Positions 12,271-25,750 of a DNA stretch of 64,000 nt are shown here, piece after piece. A program made the position numbers and the translations under genes. Source of the DNA: Malacoraja senta (lineage: Eukaryota); NCBI GenBank assembly GCA_038087875.1, contig CM075989.1:16122001-16186000 (forward strand), in the 5' to 3' direction. A model generated the notes under the pieces. That model saw only the letters and a program-made list of their open reading frames with translations. It was not told the DNA's origin and did not search any database. Numbering within the stretch: the stretch's first letter is position 1; each line of letters begins with the position of its first letter.

Positions 12271-13245
12271 AGAAGAAGATGGTCAGTCTTTAAAGGTCCC
12301 AATCCAAAACACTGACTCAATTTCCTTCCACAGGTGCTGCCTGCCTGACCCATTAAATTCATCCAGCATTTAGTTTTTTGCTCAGTTCCTTTACAGTTGT
12401 GTACTAACGCTTGACTAATTCACAGTTAAAGTTACTGCCTTGATATGCAAATGTTATTTACACCAAAAGGAATGACTTCACAAACATGCTATTCAAAGAG
12501 ATTTGTTGCAGATACAATCACAACCAGCGTCGGAGCAACATCCAACCTTGCAATGCATACATGTCCATGATATTCTGATATTATTCTACATCCCTCCAAA
12601 ATAAATTAACCTCACTGTCCATGAAGCAATGCCGTTGATAATTTACAATGATTTAATTGGAATATTATTCAAGAAAGTTATCCCTTGGACTCATCATCTA
12701 ATTAAAAGTTTCAGGGACAGGGGCAGATTGATTAAAAAACAGACTCTGGGGAAAGCACGGTCAGCTTCCCTCACTACTATGTAGAGCTACAGATAATTTT
12801 TACTTGATGACAGTTTAATCCATTATCAAACAGTTTCTTTAAGCCATTATTCAATCATGCCTTTTATTTCCAAGTTTAGTGCTGCAGTCACGTTAATTGG
12901 AATGTAAATGTGGCATTAAAATGCGGCTTTACATTAATATTTGCCACATTCTGGGTCATGACACACTAATTCAAAGAAACCACATGTGTACTTGGATGGA
13001 GGAATAATTCTGCTTAATGCAAAACAGATACTCCCACGCTTTACCCACAAAACACACGGTTTGTATCCTCCACTATGTTTCTGAAAGAATAGTTGCAGGG
13101 CGTTGCTTTATTTTTAGTTTACAGGGGTCCACATGGTATTATCATCTAAATTTGCCAGTTTTGGGCTTAATCGTTTAAAATAAAAAAACAGGACATATCA
13201 AGAAACCGCAAGACATCTGCCTGCTCCATACAATATTGCTTCATA

Positions 13246-13600
13246 TGTTAACCTCATTAGTGCTTTATCTGTCACATATGCAACTGCAGAGTGAAATTCT
13301 TTTTGCATATACAACACACGCAGGCGCCGCCATTTTAGGCGGCATTATTCAAAGTCCAAAATCCGGTCCATCCGCGCACTCAATGTACTGGAGAAGTTCC
13401 AGCAAACCAACATCCCTCTCCTCACTCAGCCATCTTTGTGTCCTGGGAGTGCTTCCTGCAGCCTACCCTGAAGGCGCTGGAAGCATTACCCCAGTCACCC
13501 TCCTACCGGTCGACTCCTAGCGCCCAATGTCCTTAATGGTTACGCTGTCTGCCAAGCTTTCAGTGGGTTCCCCGATTCCATCGACCTGGAGCCTTCATAA
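13246..13600 (-). mobile_element. Short retroposon-like insertion with 14-bp target-site duplication
   Basis: aatattgcttcata at 13232-13245 and 13601-13614; Rex1-type tail (tttatctgtcacat...gtgaaattc) at the left end. Confidence 0.65.
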
Positions 13601-14895
13601 AATATTGCTTCATACGATAGCCTAGTGTCCGAACACAACATCAAGAAGCTATTCAATTCAGCCAACCAAGTCTGTGTTTGCTTGATCTCTTTTGTCGCCG
13701 AAATAAACTAGTTCCTTTTGTGTAGAACCAGCTACATGGAATCTGTCAATTACAAAATCACCATAAAGTGGTTCATTACTTTTACAAGTTTTCATTAGGA
13801 CACAAACTTTGCAATGAAGTGACATGTCCCTATTGTTATTCAAGCGGCCAATATTCAAATCATTACCATCACACATGCCATATTCTTCTATGGGTTTTTT
13901 CCAGACTGGCAGAGATAAAGCCAGCATTTCACCAGAAATAGTTTTTACACATCACTGTTGTATCTTTGCTGAAATACTGGATCCAATTCTGTAAATTACA
14001 TTTTAGAGAGAACATTAAAACTTAAGGGTGTTAGGTAGCTTTATTAGAATAGCTAAGATTAAATAAAGGGAAATTCTTTCTATTGCTAGGAAGATCAACA
14101 ACCACGGGATCCAAGATAGTTATTTTAATACTACATCATATTAAAGAGAATTTTTAGATAGTTGCAGAAGAATCAGAACCGGTGAAAATCAAATGAAGTT
14201 TGTAAATGTTAATCTCAAATGCACTACATGGAGTAGTGGTAGAAACAAGGCACTGGTCAAACTTTCAATAAATAATTGCTTATTTAACTTAAATGAACAA
14301 TTAAGTGGTAAAATAACCCAAACATGAATTCTCAAACAAAATTTGACATCGAGCTACTCGAAAATCATGATAGACAAGCAAATGTTCACTCAGAGATTAA
14401 TGTTAAGTTTGCATCATAAAATGAGAAAAACAGAAAATTCAGGCTTAAGGCTCATACACCCAAAGGAACAGCCACCGATTTAGTATTAAAATAACAGATA
14501 GGCAAGAAGCCAGTGTTAGTACATTCAACTTCCAAGGCTGTAAGAAATCCTAGGGTAAGGACAGGTTAATAAACCATAAAGGGATTTGAAAAAAAAGTTT
14601 GAGTACTGTGTTATTGAAGTGCTATTGAATCAAAGTCAGACATGTAATCATGACAATCCTGAAAATCCAGATGTAGTAAATATACGGTGCTTTATGCGAC
14701 TTAAACAAGAATATGTTGTCTCTCACGACACTTCGCTAGTTCTTCCTTAATGGGCATGCCTCTGCTGTTGGCCAAGATCCTCAAGCCGCAACAATGTCTT
14801 CAATAATGGATTACTGCAAGTGGCATCATAACTGAAGGATCCTCAAGTACCTCAGTAGCTGGATGCTACTATCACTTGCACCACACACTATGGAC

Positions 14896-15299
14896 CAAAG
14901 ATGCTATAGCGAGCAAGATAGTCCACTTGACGAAAAAGACGTGGTACGGTCATGGGCAGATTCATGGGTAATTTAAGGCCCCATTTCCGTAACCGGCTTC
15001 CGTCTCCGCACCAAAGATCCCATCGGATAATAGTGCGGAGACAGAAGCCGGTTACGGAAACATCCTCGTAAAAAGAAAAGTTATTTGGTAAAAATCTTCT
15101 CCTCATTTCAGAATTTTAATTTATTAACACAAACTGTTCCCCTGCAACGTTGATGACACTGCGAGTCGAATCGGGTCGGGTCGGGTCCGGTTATGGAAAT
15201 GGATGAAAAAAAGACCCACGTTCCGTTCCGTTGCGTACTACACGTCAGCCCATTGCATTTAGCAGGAATGGTCTATCTTGCTCCGCTATAGGATCTTTG
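14896..15299. mobile_element. Non-autonomous DNA transposon (MITE), hAT-type
   Basis: TIRs of about 30 bp (caaagatgctatagcgagcaagatag / ctatcttgctccgctataggatctttg) and a perfect 8-bp TSD ctatggac (14888-14895, 15300-15307). Confidence 0.9.
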
Positions 15300-17645
15300 C
15301 TATGGACCTTGAAAGGCATTCGAGCACCCTCCTCTGTAGAGCCACAAAAGCCATGTAATACAGCACAGGAACAGACCCTTCAGCCCACCTACTTTGTGCT
15401 GATCATCAAGGACCTACTTTTAGATTAATCCTACACTACCCTCCATTCCGTTCAACTCCCCCCACATTTTACCATTTGTCTGAATACAATGGGCAATTTG
15501 CAGTTACCAAATAACTTAATCAATCCATGCAGCAACAGGGAGATATACAAATTCCACACAGACAGGACTGAACTAGAGTTGCTGCAGCCTGTGCCCAACT
15601 GGGACACCCCCCACATACCTCCAAAACTGTATCATAATTATATTTCTGCTGAAATACTGGCTTGTGTGGAATGGTTAATACACAAATGTTATATGGTGCA
15701 TGCCTAATACAAGATAATCAGATACACTATCGAGACTAATGTAAGTACACAATCCTATTCCACATCTTGCACAAATTCATCAAGTACAATCCAGCACAAT
15801 CTACACTGATGAAAATCAAAATGGACTGCTTGGTGTCCAAACAAATCTTCAAACATATTGAATTTGAAACTGCAAAGTGGAAAATAACAAAAAATCAACT
15901 CAAAGAACATTTGCATTTTTGTGACTACATTAGTCACTTTCACAACACTTCTTTAATCAGTATCTCGTGTAAAATACAAGGTTGAGAGCCATCTGGCTGG
16001 CTGTTTATTTGCTTGAATGGATTCTGAGAGCCCTCTCTAATGCAGCTCAAAATCCACAGACAGCACCTCATTAACTGTGCAGTTGCAACACCCAGGAGTA
16101 TAATTTAGGGCCGATCACATACAAACCACAAGCTGTAATGTCGGGAGGAGTCACTCTTCCTTTATAAACTGCTTAAATTGTACTTTCATGCCCTCTTGCA
16201 ATGGGTACTTTGGCAAGGGCATCAGCTCCCATCTTCAACAAGTGTTTAGTTACTTCTATGTGCAAAATAAAGCACACAAAAATACATGCATGGGTTCAAG
16301 CACATCTCAAGTCAACCATATAATATATTGCCATTATCTGGTAAAATAGCTGCTCACTATAGGGACAATAAAAACAGATACTTTTCTGCATACTGCCTCA
16401 TTGCATTTGTGTGTCCAAATGACACGACTTGTACAAAATACTTCCATCTCAATTCTTGCAGAAAATATTATGATCCATGCCAAATCATGACATATGTGTG
16501 AAGCACATTTTGCAGATTTACTTTCTTCCAGATTTTGTCATTTCTAGTCTTGATGAGTAAATCAAGCACAAATGTGAAAGGAAACAACTTTAGTCTTTTC
16601 TACATGGAGAGCATGGCACCATCTGCAAATGAAATCAATGCCTACATTCCAAAGTGCCATGAGCTAACAAAATAGCTACCTTGGCAGTTCGGCGAGTTTC
16701 AAATAGTCATAAGTAAAAAGATGCAGTTGCTGCGAGGGACACCAAAGACAAAAATCACGAGGCAAGGAACTTGGAATAGATCCAAAACAAAACCATCCAA
16801 CCACTTTCAGAATTGCTGTCATCAATAGTCTAGCTGAAGACACAAGCAGCTCCAAAAATACTGCCTGTAGAAAGCAGAATTGACATTTTAGATAATAAGT
16901 TAACTTTCATAACAGTTTCTTTATGGCTATCTGGTACTGCTTTGACATTCTTGGCAAACAAATCAACCCACAAAATGACTATATTATTAGCTGCCATGAA
17001 TGGAGGGAGTACAATTTAGGTCTGCCATGCCAACCCTCTCCAAAACAGAAAAGATTGATTTGTTGGACTTTCCCATTTTGTTAGCATTGCTGTATACAGA
17101 TATTTGGCCTTCAAATATGGTCATCTAAAACTCTTCTGCCCTAAAAGGTTTCTCCATTTCTCCAAACTAAAACTCATTCAGATCGCAACTGAAGACGGCA
17201 TGCAATGACTCTGCGCCCTTGTGATGCACATCATCTGTTTCACAGGAAGTTTTCACACTGGATACAGATAATTGCTAGATATCATTCCAGAACAGACTTC
17301 AGTCAGGTACATGCCTTAAGAGAATCAACTGGAACTCCAACCACTCCTTTCAGCATGACTGCAAGACAATGTTCATTTGAATTCATTATGTTGAGTGTAG
17401 GACAAGATAACATAATACATGCAAAACTAGCCTTTTGCTTTTCAGGAATGGTAGACGGGACATGATGGAAAAACAATGTGAACAGATCCATCGCTGGGAT
17501 TATCAAAACTTCACTCACTTCAAAGATGTATTGCTTTAAAAAAACATTTGCTGTTTTAATCCTTTTAACTTCCATTTGAGTGAAGACTGACTTCTCAGAA
17601 TCTCTCTGTTAACTTCTACAGGGATATACAACAAATCAGGACCAA

Positions 17646-17834
17646 GGTACACAAAAATGCTGGAGAAACTCAGCGGGTGCAGCAGCATCTATGGAGCGAA
17701 GGAGATAGGCAACGTTTCGGGCCGAAACCCTTCTTCAGTCTGAAACTCCTTCGCTCCATAGATGCTGCTGCACCCGCTGAGTTTCTCCAACATTTTGTGT
17801 ACCTTCGATTTTCCAGCATCTGCAGTTCCTTCTT
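17646..17834. mobile_element. Fold-back Penelope-tail element with hammerhead core and 13-bp TSD
   Basis: Inverted arms of about 58 bp (17646-17704 / 17746-17803); minus-strand CTGAAGA-a-gggt-ttcg-gccc-GAAAC-GTT at 17711-17738; aaatcagga(c/t)caa at 17633-17645 and 17835-17847. Confidence 0.8.
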
Positions 17835-18044
17835 AAATCAGGATCAACGGTCTTTTAGCAACTCTTCCAACAGATGCAGCCCAACCTGCTGAATATTTCC
17901 AGCATTTTTTATTTTTATTTTAGATTTTCAGAATCTATATTTTTATTTGATTATCACTTGATGATCCTCGTTTCTGCTTTAGCCATTTTCTCTGCATTTT
18001 ACTCATTTTTGTGAACTTTAGTACATCGTAATTTTCCACTTTTA

Positions 18045-18330
18045 CAACTTGGAAGAATTTAGAGACAGTCAAGCAGTTTCCATAATCGGATTTGGAAAAC
18101 TGCTCTTTGTAGGCAACAGCCACTGTATCGAAGTAATTATTCTTCTGGACCGCCACTGTTTTGATGAGTGGTGCACCCTGTATGAAAGCAGACACACCAA
18201 AACTAGAATAATTCAAGTGTTCACAACTGTGACTATTGAATCCATCCACCAGGTATGTGTGGCGAAAGAAAAACACTCATTGGTGCTATTAACCAACCGA
18301 GATGGAACGAAATTCAAAGAAGGAGAAGGC
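18045..18330 (+). mobile_element. Possible very old RTE-like LINE remnant
   Basis: Broken-frame peptides KNLETVKQF and TVLMSGAPCMKADTPKLE*F resemble LINE RT C-terminal motifs; weak, judged by eye only. Confidence 0.3.
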
Positions 18331-19889
18331 ACAGCCATGATCAGCTAGTGTTTTTAGTGCAGGAAGGAAGGAATATGTTGTCTTATCCGAATCCATGACA
18401 TTTTACAGAGTTTACAGCACAGCCTTTCGTTCTGCCATTGATTCTGTTGAAAAGGTCGAGGCCTGCATCAAATGTAAAAAAGTACTTGTTCTTCATCATG
18501 ATTTTCAACATCTAGGGACAGAGAATGCCTTTTCAGTTGGTTCCCTAAACAATTAGTAAGCCTTTTCTTGTCTAGCTTGCCATCAGCTGAGATTGTACAA
18601 TGCCAACAAACAATTCCATTCAACTAGATCACAAGCTGCTTTCTGCACATTAATTCTCCAATTACAGCCAAAATTCAAATATATAGTGGGTGCCTAGACA
18701 AAGTACAGTTTTGTTGAATTAATCAGGTGCCACTGGACATTTTCAAGGTTAAAAAAAAAATCTTGCTGGACCAAATATCTCTTTGATCCTAGAAGAGCAT
18801 TCAATGACATGCATTCTATCCAAACTAAAAACAATCAAAGGCAAAAATGTATTTTTTGTTAAATTCATATGTGCAGTATTCAAATGTTGGTTCGATCCAG
18901 CAACATCTGATCCAACATCACAAATTCTTATTCACTTTGTAGAAGCATAACCATGATATAAGATGTTCGATTTCCACAATGTAGCTCGTGGACAGAAAGC
19001 TGGACAGAAAAGATTTCAAGCTTTCAATACAAACTTGTTTTTGCTTTATTACTCTGTACTGGAAAATAGTATTTGAAGATTTCCCTCTACAAAAACTTCT
19101 TTATACTGACTACTGTTCATACATAATCACTGACCTTTTGTCAAAAAAGGCAAAGAAGAATTCAGAAATTAAAGAAGCTCATGTGACAGTAACCAAATAG
19201 TTTAACCCCCGAACTGAAACACTTTCACATCGACATCTCCCCGTCGCCCAATACTCAGTAAAAGGCAGCTGTTATGCATGGTTTTCTGACTTCATTGTAA
19301 ATGAAGACTGAACATATTCTTTTCACTGCAGACAACATAATCACATACTTGTTAGAATGTAGTCCTTGTTTCACAAGTGAAAGGCAGCACATTGCAATGC
19401 AAATCATCAGCAGTTGCCTTAGTGAGACTAATTGTAAGCTATAGCTTGAAAATGACGGTGGGTGTAAAGAATACTCCATAAATAAAAAGGTGCAAAGCTC
19501 CCTTTATCTGGCAATAGCAGCAGTCACACACCAAAGCACATGCAATCAAAGAACAATAAAATGTCCCTCAGAAACATCAAAATAAATTTATGTCAAGAAC
19601 ACTGGAGTAATACATTTTCAGTAATTGGAAATAAGGTACTTTAAGGAAATGGAAATGATTACACTCAAAAGAAAGGGTTTATGAAACTTTTACCATTGAC
19701 TACTCTGCAAACAGAAATGGGATTTGACCCCATTTTCTTTCTATAGACATGACCCGAATACTGTTTGTGATAATTTTAAAACAGGAGCAACATCAAAGAA
19801 TGTTTTTTTGGCTTTATGGAACAAAACTGAAAGGGCTATTCTGCTGACTTCATCCCAAAATATAAACAGTGCTTTTTACATATCACCTT

Positions 19890-21820
19890 CATAGAGTCAC
19901 AGTGTGATACAGTGTGGAAACAGGTCCTTCGGCCCAACATGCTCACACCGGCCAACATGTCCAGCTACGCTAGTCCCACCTGCCTGCGCTTGGTCCATAC
20001 CCCTACTCTGGGCAAGAGACTCTGCCCATCTACCCGATCTATTCCTCTCACGATTTTGTACACCTTTATAAAATCACCCCTCATCCTCCTGCACTCCAAG
20101 GAATAGAGACCCAGCCTACTCAACCTCACTCAACCTCTCCCTATAGCTCACACCCTCTTGCCCTGGCAACATCCTCGTAGATCTTCACTGAACCCTTTCA
20201 AGCTTGACAATATCTTTCCTATAACATGGTGCCCAGAACTGAACATAATATTCTAAACGCAGTCTCACCAACGTCTTATACAACTGCAACATGACCTCCC
20301 AACTTCAATACTCTATACTCTGACTGATGAAGGCCAATGTGCCAAAGCCTTTTTGACCACCTTATCTACCTGCGACTCGACCTTCATGGAACCATGTACC
20401 TGTACTCCTAGATCCCTCTGTTCGACAACACTCCCCAGAGGCCTACCATTCACTGTGTAGATCTTACCCTTGTTAGGTAGACACAAAATGCTGGAGTAAC
20501 TCAGTGGGTGAGGCAGCATCTCTGGAGAGAAGGAATGGGCGACGTTTTGGGTCGAGACCCTTCTTCAGACTGATGTCAGCCTTATTAGATGTCCCAAAAT
20601 GCAACACCTCCCACTTCCCTGTATTAAATTCCATCAATCATTCCTCAGCCCACCTGGCCAATCGATCCAGATCCTGCTGCAATCTTTCACAACCATCTTC
20701 ACTATTTGCAAAACCACCCACTTTTGTATCATCAGCAAACTTTTTAATCTTGCCCTGTATGTTCTCATCCAATTGATGTAGATGACAAACAGTAAGGGGC
20801 CCAGCACTGAACCATGAGGCACACCACTAGTCACAGACCTCCAGTCAGAGAAACCTTCCACCATCATCCTCTGCTTCTTCCCATGGAGCCAATTTGCTAT
20901 CCATCCAGCTATCTCTCCCTGGATCTCATGCGATCTAACCTTACAGAGCAGCGTACTATGTGTAACCTTGTCAAATGCTTTACTGAAATCCATGTATGCA
21001 ACATCTACAGCTCTGCCCTCATTGAACTTTTTGGTCACGTCTTAAATTTTTTTTTTTTAAATCAGATTTGTGCGACACGACCTTCAACTAACAAAACCAT
21101 GCTGACTATCCCTACTCAGTCCTTGCCCGTCCAAATGCCTGTATATCCTATCCCTCAGAATACTCTCTAGTAACTTTCCAACTACAAATGTTAAGCTCAC
21201 CGGCCTATAGTTCCCAGCATTTTCCCTGCAGCCCTTTTTGAAAAGAGGCACAACATTTGCCACCCTCCAGTCTTTCAGCACCTCTCCTGCATTTAAGGAC
21301 GACTCATAAATTTCAACCAGGACTCCCACAATTTCCTCCCTGGTTTCCCACAATGTCCCTCGGATATATTTGATCATGCCCTGGAGAATTGTCTACCTTC
21401 ATACACGATAGTACCTTCAGTACTTCTTCGACAGTAGCACTGACTGCTCTCAAGACACTTCCATTGACTGCTCAAGTTCCTCCGTCCTACTGTCTTCAGT
21501 AAATACAGAGAAATACTCGTTGAGGACCTTGCCCATCTCCTGTGGCTCCACACAGAGGTGGCCGCTTTGATTCCTGGGAGGTCCCACACTCTCTCTAGTT
21601 ATCCTTTTCCCCCTTTATGTCTTTATAAATCTTTGGGATTGTCTAATGCTACCTGCCAGAACTATCTCCCTGGCCCCTTTTTGCCCTTCTGATCTTCTTT
21701 TTCAGTTTACTCCTTAGTTCCGAAAACTCCTCCAGGGATGCACTTGATCCCAGCTGCCTATACCTGTCCCAAAACAATTGTTTTTGACCATGCCTTAATT
21801 TCCCTCGTCAGCCAAGCTTC
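19890..21820 (-). mobile_element. Degraded CR1 LINE (RT region) with a Penelope-tail insertion at about 20477-20579
   Basis: ORF pieces WRVANVVPLFKKG...NYRPVSLT, YMDFSKAFDKV and VTSGVPHGSVLGPLLF, with frameshifts. Confidence 0.9.
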
Positions 21821-21889
21821 GTGGAGGATATTGAGTGTTTCTCCCAGTGTGGAAAATAAACTTATTACCTAATCCAAAATATACAAGGT

Positions 21890-22172
21890 ACGGGGCGTAG
21901 CGGTTGGATTGCTGCCTTACAGGGCCAGGGACCTGGGTACGATCCTGACTATGGGTGCTTCCTGTATGGAGTTTGTACCTTTTTCTTTTTGAATGTTTGT
22001 TCTTTTCTGGGTGGTCTAGTTTCCTCCATCACTCCAAAGGCATACAGGTTTGTAGGTTAATTGGCTTAGGTAAAATTGTAAATAGTCCCTGGTGTGCAGG
22101 AATCGCTGGTTGTCGCGGATTCAGTGGACCGAAGGGCCGTTTCCGCGTTGCATTTCTAAACTAAGCTAAACT
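21890..22172 (+). mobile_element. V-SINE (HE1-like)
   Basis: tRNA-like head, V-domain and ctaaactaag tail. Confidence 0.75.
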
Positions 22173-22299
22173 CTTGTTGTGGCAAACTATAGTAGGGCCA
22201 CGTGGTAGCTCTGATATAGACATTTGACTCTTGGGATGTGGTTTAAGGAACTGAAAATTTCCTCAGCTGCAACTAAGTGTACCCAATTAAGTTGGGGTG

Positions 22300-23330
22300 T
22301 ATAAACTGGAAGCCCATGGCATCAGAGGTGGTGTATTACATGGTATGGATTAAAACATTGGTGCATGATAAAAATTTGAATAAATGGGTCCTTTTCAGTC
22401 TGGAAGGAGGTAACTAGTGGAGTACTTCCGGGATCAGTTCTTGGGATGCAATTGTACACTATTTACATTAACGACATGAAAGAATTAACACTTTCAAAAT
22501 TTGTCAAAGATACAAAAAATAGATGGAAGGCATGATGTAATAAGGATAGAGTGATTTTGGCAACAAGATACTGATAGAATGAGTTAATGGACAAAGCACT
22601 GGAAATGGGAGTTTAATGTGGAAAGTACAAGGTCATGTTCTTCGGTAAGATAAATAAAATGGCAGATTATCTAAATAGAGAGACTTGCAGTGAGTGAAGT
22701 ACAAAGGATCTAGGCGTTCCAGTACACAAATCATAAAAGCTAGCAGGCAAAGTTCATTGTAAATAAGAAGGCAAACAGTAGTTTATCCTTCATTGCAAAG
22801 AGATCAGGTTTTTAAAAAAAAGGTTTTGTTGCAGTCGAGTGTAGGCGAGGCCTCATGTGGAATACTATAGACAGTTTTGATCCCATTACCCCAAAAATAT
22901 AATAGTAAGAGGGGGCAGTACAAAGAAGATTCACTAAGCTAATTCCCAGGATGAGACAATTGTCCGACAAGATGGAATAAATGTTTTGGCTCTGTATTTC
23001 ATTGAGTTTAGAAGAATAAGGGGTGATCTTATTCGTACATGCAAGATCATAAGGGCACTTGACAGGGTGGATGTCGAGATGTTTTCATCAGCGACAGGCT
23101 CAGACAAGGAGACAACCACAAAATAAAAAGAGGCCTATCATTTAAAACTAAGGTATGTAGAAATGTCTTCAAAAAGGTGATGAATAACTCAAATACATTG
23201 TCCCATGGCGAGTGGAAGCTGAAGTATTTAAAATGGAGAATAAATATTTGATAGATCAAGCAAGTGGGTATGGAGAAATAACACAGATGGCGAGTTGAGA
23301 TTAGCAGAGATTAGCCTAATCATATTAAAT
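22300..23330 (+). mobile_element. Old degraded CR1 LINE RT/3' fragment
   Basis: gtaactagtggagtacttccgggatcagttcttggg (VTSGV.QGSVLG-like) and gagtttagaagaataaggggtgatcttatt (EFRR.RGDLI). Confidence 0.75.
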
Positions 23331-23779
23331 GGTGTGGCAGTCTTGAAGGGCTACTCAGCTCCTGGTTTGTGCCCTTGTGATTCTGTATTGGCTACAAATA
23401 GTCACAATTGCCCCCAGCAAATCACAGCAGGGGTTCCTCAGGGGAGTGACTGGCCAGCCATTTTCAGCTGTTTTTATCAAAATAACTTCTTTCATCATAT
23501 GGTCAGAAAGGATGATGTTTATGCAGAATTCAGTCCCATTGCCACTTCCTCAACAAACAAAGCAACGCATATCTTCATTTTTGAAGAAAAATAATTAATT
23601 ATTTCATATGAAGGAGCCTCAAGCAGACCTGCGCAAGAGAAAGTAAGCTGGGTTAGCAGTGAAGGTGGAAGAGGGTGATGGGTGTAATGGCTACTTATTT
23701 TGGAGTGCAGTCATGTGGCAGATGGGATACAGATACACTACAATGGTTGTGTAACTGTTTGCTGTTGTATCTACTGAGT

Positions 23780-24325
23780 ATTGAGCATAGAAGGGTGGGA
23801 TGCTATGTTATAGATGAACAAGTTGTTGGTCAGGCTACATTTGGAGTATTGCGTTCAGTTTTGGTCATCCTGCTATAGGGAAAGATATTGTCATGCTAGA
23901 AAGAGCCTAACGCAGGCAGGTGGGACTAGTGCAGATGGAGCATCTTGGTCAGCATGGCAGGTTGGGTTGAAGGGCCTGATTCCAAGCAGTATGACTCCAT
24001 GACTATTTTGTGGTATGCAGAGTGCCTGCTGGACATGGCTGTACCAGCTTGTTGAATATACCCACCATTTACAAATCCTCTCAGGTCCCCTTACATTTTT
24101 TCCCCTCTCACTTTAAACCTACGCCATCTAGTTTTAGGCTCCCCTGCCCTGGGGAAAAGACCATCTACCTTATCTATGCCCCTCATAATTTTGTAAGCCT
24201 TTGTAGAGGGCATCCCTCAACCTCCTCACTTCAGGAAAAAAGTAATTCCAGTCTCTTCTTACAATGCAAGCCCTCCAATCCCAGCAACATCCTTGTGAAC
24301 ATTTTCTGCACCCCCTCTAGTTTAA
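23780..24325. mobile_element. Two short CR1 3' fragments in opposite orientations
   Basis: LVRLHLEYCVQFWS on + (23814-24002); CR1 3' sequence on - at about 24080-24320. Confidence 0.6.
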
Positions 24326-25207
24326 GTCAAACAGAAACAATCTGCTAAAACATTCACAAGTCAGTGTTTTCTTCAAAACTGCACTTATTTAAATCTGTTT
24401 AAAAACAATATTCTGAATAATACAACCAAACCTCGTTTCAAAGGAGTTGAAAAACAATGTTAAAGTCAAACTTCCTGTTTCAGGCTTCCTGTAGTCTTGG
24501 CTGGTTTCCTGTACATTAACATCTTGTTAGATTTATCCTGAACTACATGCAAACTGATCTATTCACAGCCACTTGCTAATTGAAAATCAAGTTGGCTGGT
24601 ACATTCTTCTATCCCAGCAGTGCGTGTAAGGTCAACCCACCAAGTATTTCATATATTTTCACGTTGGCTCAGTCTTGCAGTACATTACAGGTTTCAAATA
24701 GAAACGAAAGTACAAACCATTAATGCAATTAGATATTCAAAGGAAGTCACATCAATTAACAGGCGAAAAGAGTCACGATACTTCAGAGATTATTATTCAA
24801 ATAGCTCATTTTAATTGTGCCTCACTCACTAACCAACACTCTGCAACTTCACTGATTTTACTCTAGATTATATACGCTCAAGATTCATTTTGCTCTATGT
24901 AAATGACCCGTACGGGATTACATTTGTCTAGTCTTTTATTGATTATCTGACACAATGGAACTCACTAAAGTCCAATAACAGCCTATGGTCAAAATCCAGA
25001 TCTACACTCTCCTGAGTGGAAAACGTGAGAAAGTTGTCCAAAATACATATTCATGCTGCAAATCAAACTGTAAAAGGGCACTTATGAAAGAATTAGTGTG
25101 TCAAATACAAGAGAAACAGGTTTGCCACCACAAGGACGTTCGTCATATTGTTTGAAAATTTAACATTTTCATTCTTTACCAAAAAAGCAGTACTGCATTA
25201 AAACTAC

Positions 25208-25280
25208 TCTCAACATATCCATCCCCTCAACAATCCAATCCCTCAACATATCCAATCCCCTCAACATATCCAATCCTCAA
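25208..25280. repeat. Short minisatellite, about 17-18-bp unit (ctcaacatatccaatcc), about 4 copies
   Basis: Direct tandem copies visible in the sequence. Confidence 0.8.
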
Positions 25281-25467
25281 GAAAATCCTTGTGATGTCGC
25301 TGAAGGTAAATAACCTTTCGCAATACAGCAGAGGCCTAGACTAATTGTTCAAAGACATTCATGTTTACCACCGCAACGGGGGAAATTAAATTGGTTACAT
25401 AATTCGGAATTTAAAAAGTGAGCAATTGTGACCACTGCTGCACCTTGCATACTACTGGTGTGTAAGG

Positions 25468-25750
25468 AGCAGCAGTGGCACAGCTGGTAGAGCAGCTGCC
25501 TCACAGTGCCAGAGACCTGGGTTTGATCCCGACCTTGGGTGCCGTCTGTGTGGAGTTGAACGCATGTTTCTTCGGGTGCTCCGGTTTCCTCCCACATCCC
25601 AAAGACATGCGGGTTTGTCTGTAGGTGCCTGTAAAATTGGCGCCTACTGTGTAGGCAGTGGAATAACATAGCACAAGTGTGAACGAAAGTCGGCATGGAG
25701 CAGAGGGCTTATTTCCATGCTGTATCTCGAAAGCTAAAACTTTCTAAACT
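25468..25750 (+). mobile_element. V-SINE (HE1-like)
   Basis: gcagcagtggcacagctggtagagc head; gggtgctccggtttcctcccacatcccaaagac V-domain. Confidence 0.8.

Noticed and set aside
17935..18348. Overlapping 113-aa and 99-aa ORFs as a nested gene
   Set aside because: No recognisable domain or ATG start; a third, broken frame looks weakly like an old LINE RT.
25208..25280. CRISPR-like array
   Set aside because: Head-to-tail repeats with no spacers, in a vertebrate intron.
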